64,000 bases of DNA from Candidatus Bathyarchaeota archaeon (GCA_963771885.1 CAVYVF010000023.1:480001-544000); one strand, 5' to 3'; shown: positions 24,638 to 34,120, numbered from the stretch's first letter. The notes: generated by a model from the sequence alone, not told the origin. Made by a program: numbers and translations.

Positions 24638-25816
24638 ATGGGCGTCGACTTGGGCATCGAACCGGTCTGGCAGTTCATAGCCCGCGCATCATCCGCGAGG
24701 GACAAGGGCGACTACCCGGAGGCGGAGTTCTACGCGAGAAAGGCAGTCTTCTCCGACCAGAGCCTCGGCGCTGCATACGTCCTCCTCTGCGAGATACTCG
24801 AAAAGGAGGGGAAGAAGGACGAGGCAGAGAGGTGCCTAAGAGCGGGCCTTGATTAATGCCCCGGAGATGTCGCACTCACAAGCATGGGGGCGCAGTTCCT
24901 CATTAGGAACGGCCGCCTCGACGACGCCGAGAGGTTCCTCCGCAACGCGATAGCAGCCGAGGCGGACGTCGCCGGCTACAGGCTCCTCCTCTCCGTCGTC
25001 CTCCAGCAGAAGGGGGACATCGAGCACGCAGAGGAAGCAGTCCGTAGGGCAATACTCCTCGACGATACGAGTGGGGACGCCTACTCGATGTACGGTGTCA
25101 TACTCTGGAAGAAGGGACTGCACGAGCAGGCTATGAAGTACGTTGCCCACGCCCTCGAGCTCAAGCCGGAGGACGCGACAATCCACCTAAACCTCGCCAT
25201 AATCATGGAGGGCGCCGGCAAGTTCGCCGACTCCGAGGGGCATTACAAGAAGGCGCTAGAGCTCCACCCCAACTGGCCCGAGGTACAGGCACGCTACGAC
25301 AAACTCAGGTACAGGCTCAACGACCCCGCGGAGACGCTCAAGAAGGCAGCCGCCATCAAGGCAACGAGCCCAGAGGAGGCCGAGGCCCTCTATAAGAAGG
25401 CGCTTGAGATGCGCGCTGACTCCCCCGATGCCCACAACGAATACGGCGTCTTCCTCTGGGAGAGGAAAAGGCTCCCAGAGTCGGAGGAGCACCTCAAGAA
25501 GGCGGCGGATCTCAAGCCTAGCTGGGTAACGCCCCAGTACAACACTGCCCTCAACCTCATCAACCAGGGCAGGCTCTCCGACGCCGAGGTATACCTGAAG
25601 CGGACACTCGGCCTCTACCCCACCTTCACCGACGGACACCTCGTCTACGCCAACACCCTCTTCAAGCTCCGCCGCCTCCCCGAGGCCGAGGAGCACTACA
25701 AGAAGGCGATCGAGCTAAAGCCCGACAACAAGAAGGCGCACGAGAACTACGCCCAGCTATTAAAGGCGCTGGGAAGGCTCCCCGAGTCCGAGGATCAGGC
25801 GAAACTCGCTCAGTAG
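24638..25816 (+). CDS. TPR-repeat protein interrupted by in-frame TAA (24854-24856)
   Basis: ORFs 24638 and 24884 are in the same frame; multiple TPRs (AE.HYKKAIEL.P). Confidence 0.8.
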
Positions 25817-27009
25817 AAGGTAGGCTGCCCCTCGTAGACGAGCTTGGGGGGCTGCATCTTCGCCGTCACGGCCGGCGGGAGCACCTCGACGAGCCTATAC
25901 TTCCTTGTGCCGAGACCCAACTCCTCAGCATACTCTATCTGATCGTATGGATTCTTCATCGAGCCGAAGATGCGTTGGAACGGGTGAAGCCTTGGATCAC
26001 GGCTGAAGTCAGAGATGTAAGGGGGGATCATCTCAGTTAGGAAGGGGGCCTTGGCTATGAGGTCGAGAGTCGCCTGCTCCACGGCGCAGATGTCCCTGCT
26101 CGCCGTGACGCCGATGTCGGGGACTAACTGGGGCTGGATCATGCCGAGGCAGTTGCACTGCGGCGTCACATCCATGGCGAAGTTGAAGTAGAACCTCTTA
26201 TCGCGGTCGAAGTGGCTAAGGATCTCCTCCGTCGTGAAAGCCATGAGCCTGTTAAAGGCCTGGAAGAACTCTGGCTTGATTTCGAGGCAACCGATACCCT
26301 TGTCCACCTCGAGGCACTTGAGGCAGTTCGTGTTCGTGCATGTTCCCTCGGCGAGGCTCAGCTTGTGCTTTTTCTCATCGTACTTTAAGGCACCCTTAGG
26401 GCAGGACTTGACGAGTTCCTCGGCGTGAGCGGGGGTGCACTTCTCGGCGTCCCACCACTTAACACTGTTCTCGACGCCGTGAATCTTATGCCAACGGCTC
26501 CCCGCAACGAGTCCGCCTAATGCTAGGTTCTTGATGGCGCCACCGTACCCACTACATGCGTGCCCCTTAGCGTGGCTCACGTCAATCAGCACATCCGCGT
26601 CGCGGAGCACTCCGGCAAACCCTATGTCACCTACGCCGCCGAACTCGATGTCACGGTGATAGACGTACCTGTCCTTGATCCCCGCAATGGGAACGAGAGG
26701 GCAGCCGCAGGTCTCGCTCGTGTAGCCGCGGTCGACTGCGTTGTAGATGGCTGTGGGATTATCGGTGACGAAGGGGTAGCCTCCCACCTCCTTGACCGCC
26801 TTCACTATCTTGCGGACGAAGAAGACGGGGATGGTCTGGAAGTCATCCGCGAAGCCCAAATGCATCTTTAAGGCTACCTTGTCCCCCTTACCGATCGTGC
26901 AGAAGTCGAGCTGCTTAATCATCTCGTCGAACTTTGCGCCTAGACTGGCGAAACGCGCTGCCTGACCGTGTATCATAGAACCGTACCAGACGGTTGAAGT
27001 CTTGACCAT
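25810..27009 (-). CDS. DUF362 family Fe-S protein
   Basis: VALKMHLG, SHAKGH.CSGYGGAIKNLALG, DVTPQCNC, VPDIG..AS.D..AVEQA. Confidence 0.85.
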   Translation of the reverse strand: MVKTSTVWYGSMIHGQAARFASLGAKFDEMIKQLDFCTIGKGDKVALKMHLGFADDFQTIPVFFVRKIVKAVKEVGGYPFVTDNPTAIYNAVDRGYTSETCGCPLVPIAGIKDRYVYHRDIEFGGVGDIGFAGVLRDADVLIDVSHAKGHACSGYGGAIKNLALGGLVAGSRWHKIHGVENSVKWWDAEKCTPAHAEELVKSCPKGALKYDEKKHKLSLAEGTCTNTNCLKCLEVDKGIGCLEIKPEFFQAFNRLMAFTTEEILSHFDRDKRFYFNFAMDVTPQCNCLGMIQPQLVPDIGVTASRDICAVEQATLDLIAKAPFLTEMIPPYISDFSRDPRLHPFQRIFGSMKNPYDQIEYAEELGLGTRKYRLVEVLPPAVTAKMQPPKLVYEGQPTFY

Positions 27010-27070
27010 AGAGACACCTGAAGTTAAGGAATGGACATGTCGGACCTTATTAAACGAAACCAAGTCGCTG

Positions 27071-27460
27071 CTAGACGAGCTTCAGCTCCACCCTGAAATC
27101 GGGGGTGTTCTTTATGGTGTTGCTTACGAAGCAGCGCCCCGCCTCCCTAAGCATCTCCTGCCTCTGCTCCTCAGTGAGGTCCGCCTCCATCTCAACCTCC
27201 ATGGCGATCTCGGTGGCGCGGTTCATATCCTTGCTCACCTTGGGCCTGATGTTGACGCGGACGGCGCCCACCTCCCAACCCCGTCTTTCCATCTGCTCGA
27301 CGAGGCGCGTCCCCGTACAGAGCCCTATCGCAGCGAATAGGACCTGCCCCGCTGCCATACCCGACGGGGGCGAGTCCGCTCCCTCCCGGCCCGTGACGAT
27401 CTCGAACCCACCTACGTTCGCCTTAAACTTGGTTCCCTTTACTCGTCTCAATCTTGGCAC
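27071..27460 (-). CDS. OsmC-like protein
   Basis: AAIGLCTG and RCFVSNT cysteine pair. Confidence 0.85.
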   Translation of the reverse strand: MPRLRRVKGTKFKANVGGFEIVTGREGADSPPSGMAAGQVLFAAIGLCTGTRLVEQMERRGWEVGAVRVNIRPKVSKDMNRATEIAMEVEMEADLTEEQRQEMLREAGRCFVSNTIKNTPDFRVELKLV

Positions 27461-27518
27461 TCATAGCTCTACGAAAAAGTATCGGGCTGTAAGAACCTTT
27501 CCAGTCCCGCTAATCGGG

Positions 27519-28703
27519 CTATACCTTGGCGAGTGCCTGTTCGAGATCAGCTATTATATCGTCCACATCCTCGATGCCTACACTGAAGCGGACTAGGCCG
27601 TCAGTGATTCCCGCCTTTACGCGGTCCTCTTTGGGAACGACGGCGTGGGTCATCGTGGCTGGGTGGCTGATTAGGGACTCCACAGCGCCGAGGCTAACGG
27701 CAAGGCTACAAAGCCTGACGTTGTTCATAACCTTGCGACCTGCCTCTACTCCGCCCTTGAGCTCGAAGCTCATCATGCTGCCGAAGCCGTCCATCTGCCT
27801 CTTGGCAAGGGTGTGCTGCGGGTGGCTCTTGAGGCCGGGGTATTTTACCCACTCGACCTTGGGATGACCCTCCAGCCACTTTGCGATTTTCTCGGCACTC
27901 TCCGTCTGGCGCTGCATCCTGACGTGCAGCGTCTTTATGCCACGCAGGGTGAGCCACGCCTCGAAGGGGCCGAGGTTGGCGCCCATGTTCTTATACATGG
28001 GATCCATCGCCTTCAGGAACGCATTCGTGCTGACGATTGCTCCGCCGAGGACGTCGCTATGCCCGCTCAGGCTCTTCGTGATGCTGTGTACGACGACGTC
28101 AATACCATGCTCTATGGGGCGCTGTAGGTATGGGCTCATGAAGGTGTTGTCCGCCATCGTCGTGATGCTCTTCTTCTTCGCTATCTTGGCGACGGCTTTC
28201 ATGTCGGTGAGTTTCATCATCGGGTTCGACGGCGTCTCGATGTAAATGAGCTTCGTGTTCGGCTTGATAGCCTCCTCGACGGCGGCTAGGTTACTGGTGT
28301 CGACGAGCGTGCACTGAACGCCGTAACCCTTGAGTATGTCAGTGAAGACTTTGTGGGTGCCACCGTAGAGAGCATCCCCCGCCAGAATGTGATCGCCACT
28401 TTTACAGACCGCCATTGCGGCCGTGCTAATCGCCGCCATACCTGACGCGGTTACCCTACAGTCCTCGCCCCCCTCGAGATCTGCTATGCTCTCCTCGAGT
28501 GCTCGAACAGTTGGGTTGCCGAGCCTACTGTATATGTAACCCGGCTCCTTCCCCTGAAACCTCGCGGCCCCCTGCTCAGCATTCTTGAACACGAAGGTGC
28601 TCGAAGCGTAGATAGGGACCGAGACCGCCCCCGTCGCGGGGTCAGGGTGCTGCCCTGCGTGTACGGCTCTAGTAGCGAACTTATCCTTTGACCATACCAA
28701 CAC
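27519..28703 (-). CDS. Methionine gamma-lyase / cystathionine gamma-synthase family PLP enzyme
   Basis: YSRLGNPT, ETPSNP, DNTF, HSITKSLSGHSD, AVSLG, RFSVGIED. Confidence 0.93.
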   Translation of the reverse strand: MLVWSKDKFATRAVHAGQHPDPATGAVSVPIYASSTFVFKNAEQGAARFQGKEPGYIYSRLGNPTVRALEESIADLEGGEDCRVTASGMAAISTAAMAVCKSGDHILAGDALYGGTHKVFTDILKGYGVQCTLVDTSNLAAVEEAIKPNTKLIYIETPSNPMMKLTDMKAVAKIAKKKSITTMADNTFMSPYLQRPIEHGIDVVVHSITKSLSGHSDVLGGAIVSTNAFLKAMDPMYKNMGANLGPFEAWLTLRGIKTLHVRMQRQTESAEKIAKWLEGHPKVEWVKYPGLKSHPQHTLAKRQMDGFGSMMSFELKGGVEAGRKVMNNVRLCSLAVSLGAVESLISHPATMTHAVVPKEDRVKAGITDGLVRFSVGIEDVDDIIADLEQALAKV

Positions 28704-28810
28704 TACCTAGATTCCTATAGTAACTCGATTATCCTTCAGATAACGGCTTCTAAAAATTTGATGCTTGACACACTCTTATACGGGCAAGGTCAGATGAAAA
28801 TGGGATCGGT

Positions 28811-29354
28811 ATGAAGGTTCTCGGCATCGTAGGCGGTTCAAAGGGTAACGGCAACACAGTCAAGCTAGTGGAGGAGGTGCTCGCCGGGGCGCGTGAGGCG
28901 GGGCACGAGACCATCCTCTTCAAGTTGGCGGAGATGAGAATCGGCCACATCGGAGACAGGGGCGGCGAGGTCACCTTCCCCAAGGACGACTTCAATGATA
29001 TAATGCCCCACATTGAGTCGATGGGTGCACTCGTCCTAGGAGCGCCCAATCTGGTTCAGCACAGTCGACTCACGCACCCACGCCTTCATCCAACGCCTCT
29101 ACTACTATAGCAGCTACTACAGCGAAGAGAACAGAAAGAAGTGGCCAGCTGGCGCCAAGGCGGTCAACGTCATCACATACGGCTGGGACGACCCTCACAT
29201 CTACGATGGCGTACTCGAGTGGCTCAAGGACATGGAGAAGGGTTACGGTATGAAAAACATCCAGGGCATAGCCGCCGAGAACACCGGCGAGAAACCTGTA
29301 GAAACCCGCATTGCCCTCCTCAAGAAGGCACATGACGCAGGAAAAAAACTCTGA
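28811..29354 (+). CDS. Flavodoxin-fold FMN reductase (apparent frameshift near 29048)
   Basis: MKVLGIVG..GNTVKL; GAP continues in a shifted frame as IWFSTVDSRTHAFIQRLY to TGA at 29354. Confidence 0.75.
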
Positions 29355-29363
29355 AAAGAATAA

Positions 29364-29756
29364 TTAGACTGTCTTTACCTCGTAGCTGAACCGCGGGTAG
29401 CCGCGCATCGTGTTTCCTACGTAGCACCGCCTGACCTCGGTGAGAAGCCCCTCAATCTGCTTCTGGTCCAGTTTTGCTCCAACCTTCAGGGTGATGAGGA
29501 ACCCTGCCGCTCTGCTCGGCTCCTTGTCATTTGTCTCATCCACCTCTATCTCTAAGCGGGAGGCCTCTATGCTGTTCCTTTTCAGGAACCAGGCGGCGTG
29601 GAAGGCACTGCAGAGCCCCAGGCTCGCAACCATGAGCTTCCCCGGGGACATCCCCACAGGTGGGCTCTGCTCATTCAACCTACCGCTGACGACGACGTAC
29701 CCGTCCGACTCGGCACGGAACGTGTCACCTTCGGTGCGCACTATCTTGACTGTCAT
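29364..29756 (-). CDS. OsmC-like protein
   Basis: SPGKLMVASLGLCS and RCYVGNT; start moved to MTVKIV to avoid the tRNA. Confidence 0.85.
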   Translation of the reverse strand: MTVKIVRTEGDTFRAESDGYVVVSGRLNEQSPPVGMSPGKLMVASLGLCSAFHAAWFLKRNSIEASRLEIEVDETNDKEPSRAAGFLITLKVGAKLDQKQIEGLLTEVRRCYVGNTMRGYPRFSYEVKTV

Positions 29757-29849
29757 ATCGTGGACATGGGGGCGAGCCGGGATAAGTACCTTCCCGACAC
29801 GGTATAAGGTGAAACATTTATGTGGGCTTCGAGTGTTTTGTGGTGGTGT

Positions 29850-29927
29850 GCCCTGGTAGCTCAGCCTGGCCAGAGCGGCAGCCTTGTAAGCTGTAGGTCG
29901 CGGGTCCGAATCCCGCCCGGGGCTCCA
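29850..29927 (+). tRNA. tRNA-Thr(TGT), encoded CCA
   Basis: GCCCTGG/CCGGGGC acceptor, CT-TGT-AA loop, T-loop TCCGAAT. Confidence 0.93.
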
Positions 29928-29965
29928 AACAAGTGGTATCAGAATCAAGATGTTTTTTGGCGGGG

Positions 29966-30712
29966 CTACTTCGCCGCCTTTAGCGCCTGCTCGGCGCCGT
30001 AGGCAAGGAAGCCGTCGGCCTCGCCGACGGTGTTATAGATGAAGCCCTTCTCCACCGCCCACTTGATATTGCCCATATTCGAGTATAAGCCGGGCGCCTT
30101 GTCGTACTTGTCGCAGGCGTGGAGCACAGCCTCGATTGCTCCGAGGAAGCGGGGGTTATCCCACTGCGGCGGGATGCCGATGCCCATGTTGTTGCTCAGG
30201 TCATAAGGCCCGATGAAGAGAGCGTCGATACCATCGACGGATGCGATCTCCTCAAGGTTGTCAACCGCTGTCTGGGTCTCCACCTGCACGCTGACAAGTA
30301 TCTCGTCGTTTGCCGTGGCACGGTAGTCGGGGTCGAAGCGCGCCGCCCTACGGGGACCCCAGCCCCTGATGCCCTTCGGCGGGTACTTGCACGCCTGCAC
30401 TACTGCCTCAGCCTCCTCCTTCGTGTTGACCCACGGGACGAGTACGCCATATGCGCCAATGTCGAGGACACGCTTGATGATGACTGGGTCGTTCCACTGG
30501 ACGCGGACTATAGGGGTGCAGTTGCTCCCATTCATCGCCATGAGCATCGTCTGCATTGTCTCGAGTCCCAGCGGCCCATGCTCGCCGTCGATGAGCAGCC
30601 AGTCGAATCCCGCCCTGCTCAGCGTCTCAGTCACGTCTGGGTGTCCGAGTCCTACGAAAGCACCTACAACGGCCTTCCCCTTCTGCAGTTTATCCTTGAG
30701 TGGGTTCTTCAT
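29966..30712 (-). CDS. HpcH/HpaI (GarL-like) class II aldolase
   Basis: GFDWLLIDGEHG, KRVLDIGA, YPPKGIRG, QVET, FIGPYDLS. Confidence 0.93.
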   Translation of the reverse strand: MKNPLKDKLQKGKAVVGAFVGLGHPDVTETLSRAGFDWLLIDGEHGPLGLETMQTMLMAMNGSNCTPIVRVQWNDPVIIKRVLDIGAYGVLVPWVNTKEEAEAVVQACKYPPKGIRGWGPRRAARFDPDYRATANDEILVSVQVETQTAVDNLEEIASVDGIDALFIGPYDLSNNMGIGIPPQWDNPRFLGAIEAVLHACDKYDKAPGLYSNMGNIKWAVEKGFIYNTVGEADGFLAYGAEQALKAAK

Positions 30713-30758
30713 CCTATCATCAATCCCCTGAATGGAGGAGGGTTGGCGATATAAGCAC

Positions 30759-31547
30759 TCAGTCAAGGACTGCGTACAGGGCGGAGACGCGCCCCGGGTA
30801 CTTTTTAGCTATCCTTGCCTTTCCGAGATTCTCCTTGACGATGCTCCTCCAAGGCTTGACACCCGCCCTGATCCACACCTCGAACTGGTCCAGGTAGCTC
30901 TCGTCGGCTTCCGCCGCTACGGAGAGGGTAAAGCCCAGGCTCTTGGCCAGAACCTCTAGATTGGCTGTCTTCTCTGAGCTTGCGACAAGTTCCATTCCGA
31001 TATGATTGTATTTTTTCAATGCGTCGAGTTGCTCTACGCTATCGATTAACTGGTTTGGGTGGGCGAGGGCGACTATGGCGTTCCTAACGACGATGGGATT
31101 CGTTTCGGTGCACCACTTATCGATCAGGGTGAGGGAGAAGTTCCGCCTCCTGGATAGAAGTTCTTCTAGTGCGAAAGTTACGCCCTCGCGCGCCCTCCAG
31201 AGCTTGCTGAAGTTACCCTCATAGAGTATCGGCACCGCCCAAGGCTCTTCGGCGGGACACACCGAGAGTATATAACCAAGCGCCATGTGGGCGGTAAACA
31301 ACAAATATTCGTCGCCTGATGAGACCCAACTCTCGATTAGTGCACGTAGGAACCGCTCCTCAGCGCCCCAGCCACCAGCTATGAGCCTTGAAGCCTCTGT
31401 AGCGAGGGTGATATTCCCCCTTGGACCGGGTAGACCCGAGTGCCTCGACATAAAATCAGTCAGCGGCTCTGAACGACGATCAGCTACAAGCCTGCTCCAC
31501 GAGCGTCGTAGTTCCTCCGCCGACTCTATCTCCCCCATAGACACCAC
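30759..31547 (-). CDS. Hypothetical helical-repeat (HEAT-like) protein
   Basis: SGLPGPRGN, WRAREGV, IVKENLGKAR; long ORF, more AT-rich than neighbours. Confidence 0.6.
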   Translation of the reverse strand: MVSMGEIESAEELRRSWSRLVADRRSEPLTDFMSRHSGLPGPRGNITLATEASRLIAGGWGAEERFLRALIESWVSSGDEYLLFTAHMALGYILSVCPAEEPWAVPILYEGNFSKLWRAREGVTFALEELLSRRRNFSLTLIDKWCTETNPIVVRNAIVALAHPNQLIDSVEQLDALKKYNHIGMELVASSEKTANLEVLAKSLGFTLSVAAEADESYLDQFEVWIRAGVKPWRSIVKENLGKARIAKKYPGRVSALYAVLD

Positions 31548-31615
31548 AAACCAGTGAGGACAATCTATTTAATAAGAGACCGCAACCATTACTCGAAACA
31601 CTAGGGTGAAATAGA

Positions 31616-32002
31616 ATGGTACAGTATCTGAGCCTCGACTTCTGGAAGAAGGTCCAGGAACTAGCCAACGTCGATCAGGAGTTCGGTATCAAGGCGAAAC
31701 TCTTCGCCGCCACATTCACGTTCAAGGTCAGCGACAAAGCCGACCTCAAACCCGTCTACGTAAAGTTCGCCGACGGCAAGATAGCCGAGCTACGCAACGT
31801 CAACGAGGGAGAGAAGACAGACTTCAGCCTTGAGGGCACATACGATGTCTGGAGCAAGGTCAACAAGGGCGAGCTAGATGGCAGCAACGCCATCATGCAG
31901 CGCCAGCTACAGTTCAAGGGTAACATGAGTAACATCATCCGCTATAGCAAGAGCTTCCTCAGGCTCTTCCAGCTGATGCAAAAGGTCCCTGTCGAGTACT
32001 AG
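31616..32002 (+). CDS. SCP2 sterol/lipid-binding domain protein
   Basis: GELDG.NAIM..QLQFKGNM. Confidence 0.85.
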   Translation: MVQYLSLDFWKKVQELANVDQEFGIKAKLFAATFTFKVSDKADLKPVYVKFADGKIAELRNVNEGEKTDFSLEGTYDVWSKVNKGELDGSNAIMQRQLQFKGNMSNIIRYSKSFLRLFQLMQKVPVEY

Positions 32003-32038
32003 ATTTTTTTAAAAGCTTTTTCAGCCCCATGGGGCTCT

Positions 32039-32158
32039 TCATTTCCCTGCCGCGCACCGTGAGCACACCGATTCCGTATGCGCAATGAGGCTGGTGGATA
32101 AGGGCAAGATAGTGATAGAGGTCGCATACTGAGCCTCACTGCTCAACTTACTGGTCAT
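32039..32158 (-). CDS. Candidate 39-aa small protein with C-terminal CxxC (below ORF-track cutoff)
   Basis: MTSKLSSEAQYATSITILPLSTSLIAHTESVCSRCAAGK; SD-like GGGGTGATC upstream; hairpin and T/A tract after the stop. Confidence 0.4.
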   Translation of the reverse strand: MTSKLSSEAQYATSITILPLSTSLIAHTESVCSRCAAGK

Positions 32159-32240
32159 AGCCTTGATCACCCCATAATTTTTCTTCTAGTTGAGACGCCT
32201 TTTCGCCAATCGTCAACTTTAACCGTCGCTGAATCATCAT

Positions 32241-32699
32241 TTGATGGGACCAGGTTTGTCCGACGATGTTACTGCTAGGGTGCTCGAGGAGTACCTGAAG
32301 GACTCCCGCCAGTCAATAAGGGAGGTGGCGAGGAAGGTGGGCGTCTCCTCGGGGACCGTCGCCAGCCGTCTCAAGGAGATGCAGGATGCGGGTGTCATAC
32401 GCCGCTACTCCGCCATACTTGATTATGAAAAACTCGGCTACGAACTTACCGCCATAACTGAAGTGACCGTCTCCGATGGCAAGATGATAGAAGTCTGCGA
32501 GACTGTTGCCAAGATGAGCCAGGCTACCGGCGTTTACAACGTCACCGGCGACGCCGATATAATGATCGTCGGCAAGTTCAAGAACAGGAGGGAACTCAGC
32601 GACTTCACCAAGAAACTCCTCACAATCCCCCACGTGCAGAGGACGAAGACCCACCTCGTCCTCAACACGATGAAGGAAGACTTCAGCTTAATACCTTAG
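32241..32699 (+). CDS. Lrp/AsnC family transcriptional regulator
   Basis: DSRQSIREVARKVGVS.GTV..R, YEKLGY, YNVTGD.D, RTKT. Confidence 0.95.
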   Translation: MMGPGLSDDVTARVLEEYLKDSRQSIREVARKVGVSSGTVASRLKEMQDAGVIRRYSAILDYEKLGYELTAITEVTVSDGKMIEVCETVAKMSQATGVYNVTGDADIMIVGKFKNRRELSDFTKKLLTIPHVQRTKTHLVLNTMKEDFSLIP

Positions 32700-32702
32700 T
32701 CT

Positions 32703-32970
32703 TGGGGTTAATGGGGCGCCGCGCCGTGAGGCGCGGCAGAGAGAGTGCCCAGGCGTCGTCGCCGCGGGTGACCCCGTGTCTTCTTCCCGCCTCCGTTACC
32801 GGGGGCGGCCATGCATGCACCGGATTTCACCCGGGGAGTGCTCGTTCCTCGGCAAGCCAAAGCCAACCTTGGTCTTCGCGGCCCACTCCCCGCAGCTCTT
32901 CGGTTTCGGGGTTTTTCACCGCTTTTCCCCTTACCCGACTCCACCTGAGCAATATTTCCACGGAACCGCC
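32703..32970 (-). ncRNA. Putative large structured ncRNA of unknown class (strand probable, ends approximate)
   Basis: GC-rich space between convergent genes; 10-bp closing helix with adjacent K-turn, perfect 9-bp helix, three hairpins, two UGAAA loops, TATA-like TATTTATT at 32979-32972. Confidence 0.7.
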
Positions 32971-33061
32971 AAATAAATACCTAATCCGGCACACACGGGC
33001 GCTCAGATCCCTTACCACTAATGAAGGAAGCTTCTAGGTGCAGAAAACTGGAATATATGTT

Positions 33062-34120
33062 CTAGGGCTTAAGGTAGCCCTTGAGGTACTGCTTCATGGG
33101 CCTGCCTAGTGCGGCCTCGACGGGGTCGTATATCTCGGGGTACCTGTTGCCGTCGCCCACTTTTATCCGCTCCTTGGGCACGGTGACGACGTAGACGGTG
33201 TCGCCCTTCCTTAGAGCGGCGCTGGTGACGGGGTCGCCGTCGCCGTTGAATGTCGTCATGAGGTCGGGGAACGTCATTATGCGTTTCCCACCCTTCTCGA
33301 GGGTCATGTACTCATTAACGTAGCCAAGCTCCCACGTCTCCTTGCCCTTAACCGTCATGAAGCCGACGTCGAAGCCGCCGCGGGCCTCGTTAGTCATCTC
33401 CGTGATCTTGCCCTTCTCGAGGAGCTGGCCGCCGAGGAACTTTGCAGCAGCCTTGACGGCTGCCTCGCCCTTCTTCTCCTTTAGGTAGACGTTGCCGAGG
33501 TCTATCGCCTGCTGTATTGCACCAGGTGCGCCGTGCTCTAGACACCACTCAACGGGTATTGGGTCGCGCGCCATAGCGATGAGGGCCTTACAGTCCCCAG
33601 CCATAAAGCGTATCTGGTTACTCGTCCTCTGCAGGGTGCCCCAAGCTACCATTTCGGCTCCCTCCGTGGCGCCCGCCTTGACGGAATTGTACTCTATGCG
33701 GTGCATGCCCATGCTACCCATCATCGCGGTCGGGTGGGCGCGGCCGTCGCCGGGTATGTCGACGACCGGCAGCCCGAGCGCCGCGGCGGGTATCCAGCCT
33801 CCGAAGCTGTTCTGGCCCCCGTTCTCCGCGGCGATGACGCCATCGAACTCGACGCCCGCCTCCCAGAGCATCTGGACTGCGCGTATGAAGTGGCGAGACT
33901 TGGTCTCACCTTTCTGGGTCGGGGCGCCGAGAGCGGCGACGGTGATCACATTCCACTCGGGTGGCGTCTCCTCTGGGCTCCAAAGCTCGACTCCGCCGAG
34001 CTCCATCGCGAGCTTGCCCGAAGCGCGCCCCTCGTCTGGCCAACCTCCTCCGCCGCCTCCCAGTATGGTGCCGCCGATCGTGAGTGCCTCAACATCTTCA
34101 TATGTGATCTTTCTTGGCAA
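33062..34120 (-). CDS. DUF917 family protein
   Basis: GGTILGGGGGG, ENGGQNS, DGRAHP, NEYM, TFPDLM. Confidence 0.85.
   Translation of the reverse strand: MPRKITYEDVEALTIGGTILGGGGGGWPDEGRASGKLAMELGGVELWSPEETPPEWNVITVAALGAPTQKGETKSRHFIRAVQMLWEAGVEFDGVIAAENGGQNSFGGWIPAAALGLPVVDIPGDGRAHPTAMMGSMGMHRIEYNSVKAGATEGAEMVAWGTLQRTSNQIRFMAGDCKALIAMARDPIPVEWCLEHGAPGAIQQAIDLGNVYLKEKKGEAAVKAAAKFLGGQLLEKGKITEMTNEARGGFDVGFMTVKGKETWELGYVNEYMTLEKGGKRIMTFPDLMTTFNGDGDPVTSAALRKGDTVYVVTVPKERIKVGDGNRYPEIYDPVEAALGRPMKQYLKGYLKP

Noticed and set aside
29757..29948. N-terminal extension of the OsmC ORF
   Set aside because: Antisense of tRNA-Thr(TGT); real start is likely 29756
32953..32966. ORB-like GTTCCGTGGAAAT (minus strand)
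   Set aside because: One base short of the ORB core, single copy, no cdc6/orc1 or unwinding element nearby
32703..32970. RNase P, SRP RNA or cobalamin riboswitch identity
   Set aside because: No P4 consensus or SRP helix 8; GGUGAAAUCC and GGGAAG resemble B12 elements but the rest of the consensus is missing and no gene lies downstream on either strand
32702..33037. Short ORFs (63-111 aa) over the structured element
   Set aside because: No protein motifs, G/P/R/S-rich composition; helices explain the sequence better
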